Part shown: piece by piece, positions 47,005-57,556 of the stretch
Numbering within the stretch: the first letter of the stretch is position 1
How the letters are laid out: each line of letters begins with the position of its first letter
Assembly (NCBI GenBank): GCA_963712745.1
Contig: CAVQJC010000020.1
Coordinates: forward strand, 32,001 to 96,000
From: an uncultured Chloroflexia bacterium
GTDB lineage: Bacteria; Chloroflexota; Limnocylindria; Limnocylindrales; CSP1-4
Direction: 5' to 3'
DNA: 64,000 nt
The notes under the pieces: generated by a model
What the model saw: the letters and a program-made list of their open reading frames with translations, nothing else
Databases searched by the model: none
What the model was told of the DNA's origin: nothing
Translations under genes and position numbers: made by a program

Positions 47005-48035
47005 GTGCCCTCCCGCGTGGCCTCGGCAGGCGCATACACGTCTCGGTAGAGCTCGGCCGGATCAGGTGTCGGACTCTCCTCGGCGAAGCGCACCGCCGCG
47101 GCGATCTCTTCGTCGACTTCACGCCCGATTCGCTCAGCCAGCTCGTCATCGAGCAGCTCGCGTCGCTGGAGTTCTCTCCGCAAGAGCGTGATCGGATCCT
47201 TCGCGAGCCAGGACTCGACCTCGCCCGCGTCGCGGCCTTCGGTCGGCGGATGACTGGATGAATGACCGCGCTGGCGATAGGTGATGCACTCGATGAGGGT
47301 GGGCCCCCCGGCTGATCTCGCGCGAGCGACGGCATCGGCCACCGCGTCATGGACCACCAGCACATCATTGCCATCGATGGTCGATCCCCCGAAGCCGTAG
47401 CCTTCAGCCCGCATCGACAGGCTGGGACCCGCGAAGTGCTTCTCGATGGGAGTGAACTCCGCGTAGCCGTTGTTCTCGATGATGTAGACGATCGGAAGGC
47501 GGAAGACCCCCGCGAAATTGAGGGCCTCATGGAAGTCCCCTCGCTGAGCTGCGCCGTCGCCGAAGAAGCAGACGGCGACACTATCGCGAGCCTGCATCTT
47601 GAACGCGAGCGCGGCTCCGGTCGCTACGGGGATCGAACCGCCCACGATCGCGCTGCCCAGCATCACGCCCGACGAGGGCGCGGCCATGTGGTGAGCAGTC
47701 GCCTTGCCGTTGGCGGCGCCGGTGGCCTTGCCCAGCATGCCTGCCAGGAAGTGGCGCGGCGAGACGCCCCTGACGAAGTAGGCGCTTCGCGTTCGAAGCG
47801 ACGGCAGGATGACGTCGTCGGGTCGCAAGCCATAGCAGGCTCCGACCCCGATGGCCTCCTGTCCCTGGCTACCGTGCAGTGACTCGACAACGACCCCCGT
47901 GGACCACAGTTCCTGCGCTCGATCCTCGTAGGCGCGAGTCAGGACCATCCAGCGGTACATCTTGAGGAGGTCAGCCTCGGTGAGTGCGTCGGATGGCCGC
48001 TGGCCGATCGCCGGAGGTCCTTCGTGTGCCGTCAT
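47001..48035 (-). CDS. 2-oxoacid/acetoin dehydrogenase E1 alpha subunit
   Basis: GQEA, TPP motif FFGDGA..HEALN..ENN, TYR..GH. Confidence 0.92.
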   Translation of the reverse strand: MTAHEGPPAIGQRPSDALTEADLLKMYRWMVLTRAYEDRAQELWSTGVVVESLHGSQGQEAIGVGACYGLRPDDVILPSLRTRSAYFVRGVSPRHFLAGMLGKATGAANGKATAHHMAAPSSGVMLGSAIVGGSIPVATGAALAFKMQARDSVAVCFFGDGAAQRGDFHEALNFAGVFRLPIVYIIENNGYAEFTPIEKHFAGPSLSMRAEGYGFGGSTIDGNDVLVVHDAVADAVARARSAGGPTLIECITYRQRGHSSSHPPTEGRDAGEVESWLAKDPITLLRRELQRRELLDDELAERIGREVDEEIAAAVRFAEESPTPDPAELYRDVYAPAEATREGT

Positions 48036-49219
48036 CCGCCTTCTTCGCCCATCGCTTCGAGCCGGCGTTTGACGTCAGCAAGGAACGATACGGCGTCCGC
48101 CCCGTCGACCGCCCGATGGTCGTAGCTCAACGAGAGGTACATCAGTGTGCCGACCTCGACGGCCCCCGCGCGGACTACCGGGGCCTCCGCCACGCGACCC
48201 ATGCCCAGGATGGCGACCTCCGGCACGTTCACGATCGGCGTGAAGAACAGCGAGCCGTAGGTTCCCGAGTTGGTCAGCGTGAAGGTCGATCCGGTCAAGT
48301 CCTCGGGCTTGATCTCGTTGCCGCGAGCGGCCGAAGACAGACGCTCGATGGCCGACGCGAGCTCCGCCAGCGAGAGCCGGTCGGCGTCCTGGATGACCGG
48401 GACGACGAGCCCATCATCGCGGGCAACGGCCACTCCCAGGTTGATGTGCTGATGCCGGAAGAGCCGGTCCTCCTGCAGCGTCGCGTTGAGCGCCGGGAAG
48501 GCGACCAGGGCACGCGCCACAGCCCAGGCCACGAAGGCCGTGAAAGGCAGGCGCGAGGCCTGGCGGTGCGTCGCTACGGAGCTCATGTCGACATCGATGA
48601 CCGTGGTCACGTCGGCGACGGTTCGCCGACTCAACGCAAGGCGCTCCGCGATCCGCCTCCGAGTGCCGATGAGGGGAACCTCGGTGACTCCCGCGGCGGG
48701 TACCCCACGGTTCGATCCTGCTCTGGCGGCGGCCCGCACATCCGCTTCGGTGACAAGGCCACCCGCCCCGCTCCCGCCGACCTTGGCGATGTCGATACCG
48801 AGTTCGGTAGCAACCCGTCGAGCGGCCGGTGACGACGGTTGCCGGCGACCGCCGCCAGGCGATCGCGTCGGTGTGCTGTCACTCATGGCCGAGGCACTCT
48901 CCGGGCTCGGCGCGACCGGCGCTGCCTGCGAGTGCGAGCCACCGGTGGCCGCGGCAGGCTCGGTGGCTGGCAGCTCCTCGTCTTCGCCGGCGATGATGGC
49001 CAGGACGCTGCCGACCTCCGCATCGTCCCCGACCTGGGCCAGGACGCGGCGCAACACGCCCGAAGCCGGAGCCTCGACGTCCACGTTGGCCTTGTCGGTC
49101 TCGACGACCAGGATCGGTTCCCCCTCGTCGACCGCATCGCCTTCGTTCTTCAGCCACTCCACGACCTGCCCTGTCTCCATGTCCTGCGACAGACGTGGCA
49201 TCAACACCCGTTGACTCAC
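48032..49219 (-). CDS. Dihydrolipoamide acyltransferase E2
   Basis: Lipoyl VETDKA, E3-binding SPAARR, catalytic DHRAVDG; start placed at GTG 49219. Confidence 0.9.
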   Translation of the reverse strand: MSQRVLMPRLSQDMETGQVVEWLKNEGDAVDEGEPILVVETDKANVDVEAPASGVLRRVLAQVGDDAEVGSVLAIIAGEDEELPATEPAAATGGSHSQAAPVAPSPESASAMSDSTPTRSPGGGRRQPSSPAARRVATELGIDIAKVGGSGAGGLVTEADVRAAARAGSNRGVPAAGVTEVPLIGTRRRIAERLALSRRTVADVTTVIDVDMSSVATHRQASRLPFTAFVAWAVARALVAFPALNATLQEDRLFRHQHINLGVAVARDDGLVVPVIQDADRLSLAELASAIERLSSAARGNEIKPEDLTGSTFTLTNSGTYGSLFFTPIVNVPEVAILGMGRVAEAPVVRAGAVEVGTLMYLSLSYDHRAVDGADAVSFLADVKRRLEAMGEEGG

Positions 49220-49268
49220 CAGATGGACTCCTCGCTGCTCTCCGCCGACGCCATACCGCGCCAGCGCG

Positions 49269-49290
49269 CAAACGGTTCGCGAAACGTTTC
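49269..49290. promoter_or_regulatory. Putative LacI-family operator(s) in the divergent promoter
   Basis: GAAACGTTTC palindrome (49281-49290) next to an imperfect CAAACGGTTC. Confidence 0.6.
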
Positions 49291-49384
49291 TGGAAGTATA
49301 GCCCGAGGCCATTGGATGGTATAGGATGGCCGGCGGAGGTTTGGGCATGGGCCCAGTCACTGGCAGTAGCCCAAGGAGGAGAAG

Positions 49385-50620
49385 ATGAGATTCAGGTCAG
49401 GCACATCCATCGCGTTGGCCTCGGTCCTCGCGTTCGCGGGAGCTGTGAGCGCAGCGGACTCCGGCGAAAGCATCGACTACTGGTACTGGCAGGACGACGT
49501 CACGGATACGACCATCCAGGACCTCGCGGACCAGTTCGAGCAGATCAACGGCATCACCGTCAACATCCGCGACTCCGTCGCTCAGCCGCAGTTCTACGAC
49601 AGCCTCGTCAACGCCATCGCGGCCGGCAACGCACCCGATGCGACCCACCTGAACACGAACATGTTCGGCCAGCTGCTCCAGGCCCAGATGCTCGAGCCGC
49701 TCGACGGCTACATCGAGGGATGGGCAGCCAAGGACGACGTCATCCCCAGCATGTGGGACTTCGTGACCAGCCCGGACGGCTCGACGATCTTCGCGATGCC
49801 CAACAAGTTCCTCATGTTCTATCTGTACTACCGTTGCGACCTCTTCGAGGCGGCAGGCGTCGAAGTCCCCACTACGCAGACCGAGTTCGTGGAAGCCGCT
49901 GCGGCGCTCACCGATCCAGAGAACGAAACCTGGGGCTTCGATATCCGAGGCGGGCCCAACGGCCAGGACCAGTGGGCAGCCTTCCTCGTCGCGGGTGGCG
50001 CGCGCTTCCTCGATGAGGACGGGAACGTCGCCTTCGACAGCCCCGAGACCAAGGCCTCGAACGACCTGTACATCTCGACCTATCCGTCCGCGCCGCCAGG
50101 GGCCGTCAACGATGGGTTCGCGCAGATCATCGCCAACTTCCAGTCAGGCACGGCGGCCATGATCATCAATCATCTGGGTGCAGCCAAGACACTGGAAGCC
50201 AGCAACGGCGACCAGGTCTGTGTCGCGCTCATCCCGTCGGCGACCGGCGACCCCAGCCAGACGACGTACATGGGCACCATGAACGCGAACGCGGTGCTGG
50301 CTGACAGCGACTCCAAGGATGCTGCCTTCAAGTGGATCGCATTCCTGGCAGAGCAGCAGCCGCAGCTCGCCATCACGCAGTCCACCAACGGCTACCTGCC
50401 GGTGGTCCAGTCCGTGGCCGGTGATCCCCGGTTCGAGGACGATCGCTTCTTCCAGATCTCTGTCGAGGCCGCGCAGAACGTGGTCACGGCCTGGCCGGCG
50501 ATCCCCGGGACCACCGAGGCCACGCAGAAGACGTGGCAGCCACTATTCCAGGGCGCCTTGCTCGGCGAGAACGACAATAACGCCGTCGTGGAGGGGGTCG
50601 CAGAGACACTGGCGCAGTAA
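49385..50620 (+). CDS. Sugar ABC transporter substrate-binding protein
   Basis: AGGAGG RBS, signal peptide, AAGNAPD, LYYR.DLF..AG..VPTT. Confidence 0.9.
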   Translation: MRFRSGTSIALASVLAFAGAVSAADSGESIDYWYWQDDVTDTTIQDLADQFEQINGITVNIRDSVAQPQFYDSLVNAIAAGNAPDATHLNTNMFGQLLQAQMLEPLDGYIEGWAAKDDVIPSMWDFVTSPDGSTIFAMPNKFLMFYLYYRCDLFEAAGVEVPTTQTEFVEAAAALTDPENETWGFDIRGGPNGQDQWAAFLVAGGARFLDEDGNVAFDSPETKASNDLYISTYPSAPPGAVNDGFAQIIANFQSGTAAMIINHLGAAKTLEASNGDQVCVALIPSATGDPSQTTYMGTMNANAVLADSDSKDAAFKWIAFLAEQQPQLAITQSTNGYLPVVQSVAGDPRFEDDRFFQISVEAAQNVVTAWPAIPGTTEATQKTWQPLFQGALLGENDNNAVVEGVAETLAQ

Positions 50621-50730
50621 CCCGACCCTACAAGTGCAAACCTGATCGGGATGACCGATCGTAGCCCTGCCGCCCCGCCGCCGGAGTCACCGGAGGCGGG
50701 GCGACTCCCTCTCGATATCCACGATGTGAC

Positions 50731-51678
50731 GTGTCCCGCCCGGTAGATGCGCCGCTCAGACCCGAGCCCGAGACCGGCCGGTCTCGCTTGTCAGGGGTCT
50801 GGCGTGGACGTTCGCTGCCCGTGCACTGGATCATGCTCGCACCGGCGCTGCTGATCATCGGCGGGTTCATCCTCTACCCGGCGTTCAACGCGCTGTGGCT
50901 GTCGCTGACCGAAACGAACCTGCTCAACCTCAGTGCGCAGACGTTCGTCGGTCTCGACAACTTCATCGGGCTCATCGAGTCTTCCGAGTTTCACAAGGCG
51001 CTGCGCAACTCGGCGGTCTGGACCATCGGCAACGTGGCCTTCCAACTCGTCCTGGGCATGATCGGCGCGTTGCTCCTCAATCAGGCAATCAAGGGGCGAG
51101 GGCTCATCCGCGGGCTCGTGCTGCTGCCCTGGGCGACCCCGAGCGTGCTGGTCGCCCTGATGTGGATGTGGATCCTCGACCCGAACCTGGGCATCCTCAA
51201 CGAGATCCTGCAGGCCGTGGGTCTGCAGGACACCCCCATGGCCTGGCTGGCGGACCCGGCGACGGCATTGCCGACCCTCATGTTCATCGATATCTGGCAG
51301 GGCGTCCCCTTCTTCGCGGTGATGCTCCTGGCAGCCCTGCAGGCGGTGCCGTCCGAGCTCATCGAGGCTGCCAGGATCGATGGCGCGAATGCCTGGAAGA
51401 CCTACTGGTACATCACGCTGCGCCTCATCATGCCAACGGTCCTCATCACCACCATCCTGCGGCTGATCTGGACGGCGAACTACTTTGACCTCATCCTCAT
51501 CCTCACCAACGGTGGCCCCGCGAACGCGTCGCTGACGGTCCCGCTGCTCGCGTATCAGACGGCGTACCGCGGGTTCGACTTCGGGACGGCCGCCGCGCTC
51601 GGAGTCACACAGGCAGCCGTGCTGATGATCCTGGTCGTCTTCTACTTCCGTCTGACGAGGAAGGCCGAGATCACATGA
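50731..51678 (+). CDS. Sugar ABC transporter permease
   Basis: LLPWATP, EAARIDGA, LTNGGP. Confidence 0.9.
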   Translation: MSRPVDAPLRPEPETGRSRLSGVWRGRSLPVHWIMLAPALLIIGGFILYPAFNALWLSLTETNLLNLSAQTFVGLDNFIGLIESSEFHKALRNSAVWTIGNVAFQLVLGMIGALLLNQAIKGRGLIRGLVLLPWATPSVLVALMWMWILDPNLGILNEILQAVGLQDTPMAWLADPATALPTLMFIDIWQGVPFFAVMLLAALQAVPSELIEAARIDGANAWKTYWYITLRLIMPTVLITTILRLIWTANYFDLILILTNGGPANASLTVPLLAYQTAYRGFDFGTAAALGVTQAAVLMILVVFYFRLTRKAEIT

Positions 51679-52556
51679 CCGCGCTGGGGAATGCTGCACG
51701 ATCGGCCTCGGTGGCGACGGCGCGACCTCCGCGCAGCCGCTGGCCATCCTTCATCCGGCCGGTCTACCTGCTCATCGCAGCGTGGATCGTCGGGGTCTTC
51801 GCGCCGTACACGTGGATGTTCATCACCTCCATCACACCTCCGAGCGAGATGTCGACGGGGGGCATCCTGCCCCGGGATCCGACCTTCGACGCGTACACGA
51901 ACCTGCTCACGACAACGCCCTTCTTCCAGTACATGGCCAACAGCTTCATGGTGGCCACGGGTACCGTGATCCTCACGATCTCGAGCGCACTGCTGGCTGG
52001 GACCGCGCTCTCCCGTTATCGGTTCCGCGGTCGCCGGGCGGTCCTGGTCGGCATCCTGCTGGTCCAGCTGTTCCCCACCATGTTGCTGATCGTGCCGCTC
52101 TATATCGAGCTCAAGAACCTGGGCCTCCTCGATAGCAAGATCGGGTTGGTGTTCGTCTACAGCGCGTTCGCGATGTCTTTCAGCACCTGGCTGATGAAGG
52201 GGTTCGTCGACCAGATCCCGATCGAGATCGAGGAGGCTGCCTACATCGACGGGTGCTCGAAGCTCCAGGCTTTCCGGCACGTGATCTTGCCCCTGTCACG
52301 TCCGGGCATCGCCGCCGCCGGGACGTACGCGTTCATCTACTCCTGGAACGAGTTCCTATTCGCCTTGACGTTCACGGCAAGTACCGAGAACAGGACGATC
52401 CCGGTCGGTCTCAATCTGTTCATCGGAGAGAACCTGATCCGCTGGGAGTTCCTCACCGCGGGTGGAGTACTCGCCGCCATACCCATCCTCATCGGTTTCA
52501 TGTATGCCCAGCGGTCGCTGATCTCCGGGCTGGCGTCCGGGGCTGTCAAGGGATGA
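51675..52556 (+). CDS. Sugar ABC transporter permease
   Basis: EEAAYIDG, SWNEFLFA, GAVKG. Confidence 0.9.
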   Translation: MTALGNAARSASVATARPPRSRWPSFIRPVYLLIAAWIVGVFAPYTWMFITSITPPSEMSTGGILPRDPTFDAYTNLLTTTPFFQYMANSFMVATGTVILTISSALLAGTALSRYRFRGRRAVLVGILLVQLFPTMLLIVPLYIELKNLGLLDSKIGLVFVYSAFAMSFSTWLMKGFVDQIPIEIEEAAYIDGCSKLQAFRHVILPLSRPGIAAAGTYAFIYSWNEFLFALTFTASTENRTIPVGLNLFIGENLIRWEFLTAGGVLAAIPILIGFMYAQRSLISGLASGAVKG

Positions 52557-52614
52557 TCAGCTGCTCGCCGCGAGGAACGACCGTCACATCCGATAGCGCC
52601 ATAGGAGCCGCACC

Positions 52615-53703
52615 ATGAAGATCGCCTCCATCGACACGATGGTGACTCGCCTCCCCATCCTCACCGGTGACTGGTACGACACCATCCACCACGTCACGCA
52701 TATCGAGCTGGTGCTGGTCGAGGTCACGTCCGACAGCGGGGTCACCGGGACCGGTGTCAGCCACACCTCGGGCGATGGCGGCAAGACGATCGAAGCGCTT
52801 ATCCGCAACAGCCTCATCCCGTTCGTGGTCGGCAAGGACGCATCGCCGCGCGCGGTGTGGCACGAGGCCTGGCACTTCCTGCATGACCTGGGCGGAGCCG
52901 GATTCACCACCACCGCGCTTGGTGCCCTGGACATCGCACTCTGGGACCTCGTCGCCCGAGAGCAGGGCAAGCCGCTCGTCGACGTCCTGGGCCGGGTGCG
53001 AACGACGATCCCGGTCTATGCGAGTGGGATCAACCTGGGGCTGTCCGAAGATGATCTCGTGGCACAGGTGACACGCTGGCGGGATGCTGGCTATCCGGCC
53101 ATGAAGGTCAAGATCGGCAAACCCGATCCCACGGAGGATGTCGAACGACTCTTAAGGATCCGTGAGGTGATCGGTCCCCGAGCCCTCATGGTCGACGCGA
53201 ACCAGGGCTGGGGTCCCGAGGACGCCGTACGGCGCATCAATGCCCTGCGGGGCCTGGACCTCACCTGGGTCGAGGAGCCGCTCCTCAGCGATGACATCGC
53301 GGGGCACGCGCAACTTCGACGTCAGATAGAGACACCCATCGGCATCGGCGAGAATGTCTACACCATCTATCAGTTCCGCGACTACCTCGTCGCCAATGCT
53401 GTGGACTATGTCCAGGCAGACATCGTGCGCGTAGGAGGCATCACGCCGTACATGGAGATCGCGGCACTCAGCCAGGCGTTCAACCGTCCGATGGCGCCGC
53501 ACTTCATGCTGGAGCTGTCCGCCCAGGTCCTGTGCGCACTCCCCAACGCCTACATCGCCGAGGACACCGAAGGTGGCACGCTCAGTGCTCTCAAGGCCGT
53601 GCGCACGCCGCAACCGGTCGTGGACGGTCACTTCACGGTCCGAGACGTGCCTGGCCACGGTCTGGACTTCGACCGCGACTACATGGAGCAACACCGAGTT
53701 TGA
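52615..53703 (+). CDS. Mandelate racemase/acid-sugar dehydratase (enolase superfamily)
   Basis: DIALWDL, KVKIG, MVDANQ, WVEEP, GEN, GGIT, PH. Confidence 0.9.
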   Translation: MKIASIDTMVTRLPILTGDWYDTIHHVTHIELVLVEVTSDSGVTGTGVSHTSGDGGKTIEALIRNSLIPFVVGKDASPRAVWHEAWHFLHDLGGAGFTTTALGALDIALWDLVAREQGKPLVDVLGRVRTTIPVYASGINLGLSEDDLVAQVTRWRDAGYPAMKVKIGKPDPTEDVERLLRIREVIGPRALMVDANQGWGPEDAVRRINALRGLDLTWVEEPLLSDDIAGHAQLRRQIETPIGIGENVYTIYQFRDYLVANAVDYVQADIVRVGGITPYMEIAALSQAFNRPMAPHFMLELSAQVLCALPNAYIAEDTEGGTLSALKAVRTPQPVVDGHFTVRDVPGHGLDFDRDYMEQHRV

Positions 53704-53725
53704 TGCCGGATCAAGCCGCTTCGCC

Positions 53726-54640
53726 ATGAGCACGATGAGAGGGATCGTCACGCCCTTGTGCACCCCGCTCGACGCGAGGGGCCAGGTCGACGCGCGCAGT
53801 CTCGAGCGCCTGGTGGGCCGTCAACTCGATGCAGGAGTCGATGCCCTCTTCGCGCTCGGATCGAGTGGCGAAGCCATCTATCTCGATGATGCGGCCCGGG
53901 CCACGACGCTGCAGGTCGTGACTTCGGCCGTGAGCGGCGCCGTTCCCGTCCTCGCCGGAGCGCTCGGCGGCTCGACGGCACGAGTCCTTCAGCAGGTTCG
54001 TTGGATCGAGCAGTACCCGGTCGCCGGCGTCGTCGTCACGGCACCGTTCTACGCCGACGTAAGCGCCGTCGAGATGGCCACACACTTCGAGCTGATCGCG
54101 GCCGCCAGCCCGCTGCCGGTGGTCGCCTATGACATCCCCGGGAATGTAGGCCGCAAGCTCCCTTCGGATGTCGTCATCGACCTGCTGCGACGCGATGTGC
54201 TGATCGGGCTGAAGGACACATCCGGTGACATGGCAGCATTCCGGCGGGTGCTGCGCGAGGTTGGCGGTGACGCGCGACGGATGGTGATGATCGGCTCGGA
54301 CAGACTCGCCTCCGAAGCTCTGGCGGCCGGCGCGGACGGCGTCGTCCCCGGTATCGGCAATGTCTGTCCCGACCTCTTCGTCGACCTGCACGCGGCCCAC
54401 CTCGCGGGCGACACGGAGGAGGTCCGGCGCCTCCAGGACCAGATCGATGTCATGTCGGACATCCTGGCAGTAGGCCAGGCGCACGGGCTGGGCCGCCACG
54501 CGTCAGAGCTCGGAGCTCTCAAGTGCCTGCTGCACCGCGATGGAGCCATCGACAGCCCGCTCGTCAGCGTCCCGCTGGCGGCGTTCCCGCCGGCGGCGGC
54601 GGCAGAGGTGCTGTCGATCGCAGAGCGGATCGGTCGGTGA
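53726..54640 (+). CDS. DHDPS/NAL-family aldolase or dehydratase
   Basis: GIVTPLCTP, LGSSGE, APFY, YDIP, GLKDTSGD. Confidence 0.88.
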   Translation: MSTMRGIVTPLCTPLDARGQVDARSLERLVGRQLDAGVDALFALGSSGEAIYLDDAARATTLQVVTSAVSGAVPVLAGALGGSTARVLQQVRWIEQYPVAGVVVTAPFYADVSAVEMATHFELIAAASPLPVVAYDIPGNVGRKLPSDVVIDLLRRDVLIGLKDTSGDMAAFRRVLREVGGDARRMVMIGSDRLASEALAAGADGVVPGIGNVCPDLFVDLHAAHLAGDTEEVRRLQDQIDVMSDILAVGQAHGLGRHASELGALKCLLHRDGAIDSPLVSVPLAAFPPAAAAEVLSIAERIGR

Positions 54641-55575
54641 TATCGATCGGACTGGTGGGTACAGGCTATTGGGCCGAGACCATCCACGCTCCAGCCATCG
54701 CCGCCCTCGAGGGGGCAGGTAGGCGTGGCATCTGGGGCCGGAATGCGACCGAGCGCGATCGGATCGCAGCGTCACTCGGACTGCGCGCCTTCAGCAGCTT
54801 CGAGGAGCTTCTTGCCTCGGTCGACGTCGTCGACTTCGCTGTACCGCCAGCAGCACAGGTCGGCATGGCGGTCACAGCGGCACGAGCTGGCAAGCACCTG
54901 CTTCTCGAGAAGCCCATGGCACTGTCCGTGCCGGACGCCCAACGCATCGATGCCGCCGTGTCCGAGGCTGGGGTCGCTGCCGTCGTGTTCCTCACACGAC
55001 TGTTCGACGAGGTGCGCTCCGAATGGCTGCGGGCACAGGCGCGCATGGGCAACACGAGCGGCCACGTGGAGTGGATCTCCGCCGCGCTGGCCCAGGGGAG
55101 CCCGTACGCCAGATCCGCCTGGCGTCGAGAGGGCGGTGCCCTCTGGGATGTCGGGCCGCACATCGTGTCGCAGCTCGTCGCGGTGCTGGGGCCGGTGACC
55201 CGCGTTTCGGTGACCGCCCACGATCCGGTGGGCGAAACGCACCTCTCGCTGCAGCATGAGCGAGGCGCCACCAGCACCGTCAACATGACCATGCACGCCG
55301 ATCCGGCTGACAAGGCCGAGACGTTCGAGTTCTCAGGCTCGTCTGGCCACGCTCGCTCTCCCGACACCCCGCTGGACTTCGCAGCGAGTTTCGATCGCGC
55401 CTTGACGACACTCATCGCTCGGATGGAGGGGCCAGCCGAAGGTGCGGATGCCGGCTACTCGACGCGAGCGAACGTGGGCCTGACCAGCGTGCTTTGCGAG
55501 ATCGAAGCTCTCATCGGCGACGGCACGCTCGACGTCTTCGTCCCGGTCACGGAGGCGATCCCGTCCCCAACGTAG
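54637..55575 (+). CDS. Gfo/Idh/MocA-family oxidoreductase
   Basis: IGLVGTGYWA, AGKHLLLEKP, GALWDVGPH; GTGA coupling. Confidence 0.88.
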   Translation: MISIGLVGTGYWAETIHAPAIAALEGAGRRGIWGRNATERDRIAASLGLRAFSSFEELLASVDVVDFAVPPAAQVGMAVTAARAGKHLLLEKPMALSVPDAQRIDAAVSEAGVAAVVFLTRLFDEVRSEWLRAQARMGNTSGHVEWISAALAQGSPYARSAWRREGGALWDVGPHIVSQLVAVLGPVTRVSVTAHDPVGETHLSLQHERGATSTVNMTMHADPADKAETFEFSGSSGHARSPDTPLDFAASFDRALTTLIARMEGPAEGADAGYSTRANVGLTSVLCEIEALIGDGTLDVFVPVTEAIPSPT

Positions 55576-55597
55576 GCCCCGCCAACCCGGCGCGGCA

Positions 55598-56426
55598 TCA
55601 CCAGGCGGTCCAACCTCCGTCTACGACCAGGTTGGCACCGGTCATATAGGCCGAGGCCTCAGAGATCGATGAAGATGACCGCGCCGTTGAACTCGTCGGC
55701 CTGAGCCATGCGGCCGATGGGGATCCGCGCCGTGTAGTTCGCCTGGAAGGTCGCGTCCTGCGTGTCGCGGGCGACCCCGGACGGTGTCAGTGTGTTCACA
55801 CGGATGCCGTGCCGCCCCCAGTACGTGGCACAGTACCTTGTGAGGTTGTAGACGCCCGACTTGGCGGCGCTGTATGCAACAGGCTTCACGAAGGGGACAC
55901 CGGTCTGCTCCTCGCGGTACGCGTAGATGTCCTGGATCGGCGAGACCATCCCGTAGATCGACCCGACGTTCACGATAGCGCCCGGCTTGCCGGCCTGCCT
56001 CATCCGTGCCCCCACCGCCTGCGTCGTGAGGAAGGTCCCGACCAGGTTCACCTCGACGACCTCGCGGAACACCTCCTCAGGGAACTCCTCGAACGGACCT
56101 GAGACGCTTGGAGGTGCACTTGGCTGGGTGTCGAGGCCGGCGTTGTTGATCAGCGCGTCGGGCGTGTCCCAGCGGCCCTCCAACTCGTCGAGCGCCTGCT
56201 CGATCGTCACCCGCTTGGTGATGTCGACGGTGTGCAACGAGATGCGGTCGCCGGCTGCTCTCTCGCCGAGGACGGCTGAGGCGCGCTCGCCGGTCACGTG
56301 CCGCCCGAAGATCGCGACACGGGCACCTCGATCGAGGAGCGCTTTCGCGACCTCCGATCCGATCTGCCCCAGGCCACCGGTGACGATGACGATCTTGTCC
56401 TGCACGCTGAAGAGCGGGTCATGCAT
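55598..56426 (-). CDS. SDR-family oxidoreductase (frameshift near 55665)
   Basis: TGGLGQIG, INNAG, GSIYG, YSAAK; tail ASAYMTGANLVVDGGWTAW* lies in the shifted frame. Confidence 0.88.
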
Positions 56427-56590
56427 CGCGAGACACTCCTTCTCAGATCCGGGTCGCTTGATGTGCGGCTGAGGCGCTGCCCATGGGTCGGATGCTCCGC
56501 CTCCCGATGGTGGCCGCGGGCAGCCGATGGCGACGCCGGGTGTCCAGGGATCCTTGCTCTTCGCCGTGCTCCAGCCTCGGCATCGAGTCG

Positions 56591-57556
56591 CTACTTGATG
56601 GCGAGGGCATTCGCCGACGAGCCCGATCCACCCGGGTAGTTCATGGGCGCCGCAACGAACAGGCCTTCGTAGACACCGTTCGCCGCGCAATCGTCCGCCA
56701 GACCGTCGAGGTCGAAGAGTTCACCGACCGCCATGCCGAGGAGGGTGATCAGGCGATAGTGGAGGAATCCCTCCACGGTCGAGCGGTCGAATGGCATCGC
56801 TTCGAGCGCGGGGGAATCTGCGGCGATCGCCGCGACACCGTTATCCCACAGCCATTCTGCAGTCTCTTCCGCGGCGTCTAGGCCCGGGGCCGGGATGATC
56901 TCAGTGGCCGCGAGCATCTCCCGCCGGGCGTGCTCGAGCTGCCCGTACCAAGCGATCCAGCCGAAGCGGATGAGGAGGATATCGCCACGTTCGAGCGTCG
57001 TCTGCTGTGATCGCAGGACTTCGTCGAGCTCTGTACTCGAGATCGGGGTCCGCTCGTCGTGACTTAGCGGCGCGCCGCGGACGGCACGATAGCGGTCCAC
57101 GTCGAGCAAGACGAACCTGCCCGCGATGCCGCGCTCGGCCCACTTGTCGATGCCCAGGTGCGAGGACCCCAGCCTACCCGCATCGTCCAAGGGGAGACCG
57201 TTGTAGTAGCCGAGTGTCGGGTGACCGACGTGTCGCAGTGCGTCCCACTGGCTCGAGGCCTGTGGGTAGTAGTTGTCGTAGTAATCATCCGTGCCCGGAT
57301 CGAGGTCCTTCTCGATCCTCCGGACTGCCCCGCGACCAAGGACTGGTGGGTCGGGCAGATCGATGCGCCAGTTGAGTGGAAAGACTGTTCCCCAACGAAC
57401 GAGGGCTGCTGCGCGACGAACGACGTCGGGGGTGATGAGGTTCAGGGTACCGACCTCGTCCAGCTCACCGAACAACCCCCACGCGGACCGCGCCGAGCCG
57501 AGGGTCGACACCTCCGGCAGGTCGCGGTAGCGGGGCAACGGACCCTCAGCACGCAT
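56591..57556 (-). CDS. Cyclase-family (kynurenine formamidase-like) metal hydrolase
   Basis: WG.FG..DEVGTLN, SSQWDALRH, GDILLIRFGW, AADSPALE, GELFDL. Confidence 0.85.
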   Translation of the reverse strand: MRAEGPLPRYRDLPEVSTLGSARSAWGLFGELDEVGTLNLITPDVVRRAAALVRWGTVFPLNWRIDLPDPPVLGRGAVRRIEKDLDPGTDDYYDNYYPQASSQWDALRHVGHPTLGYYNGLPLDDAGRLGSSHLGIDKWAERGIAGRFVLLDVDRYRAVRGAPLSHDERTPISSTELDEVLRSQQTTLERGDILLIRFGWIAWYGQLEHARREMLAATEIIPAPGLDAAEETAEWLWDNGVAAIAADSPALEAMPFDRSTVEGFLHYRLITLLGMAVGELFDLDGLADDCAANGVYEGLFVAAPMNYPGGSGSSANALAIK

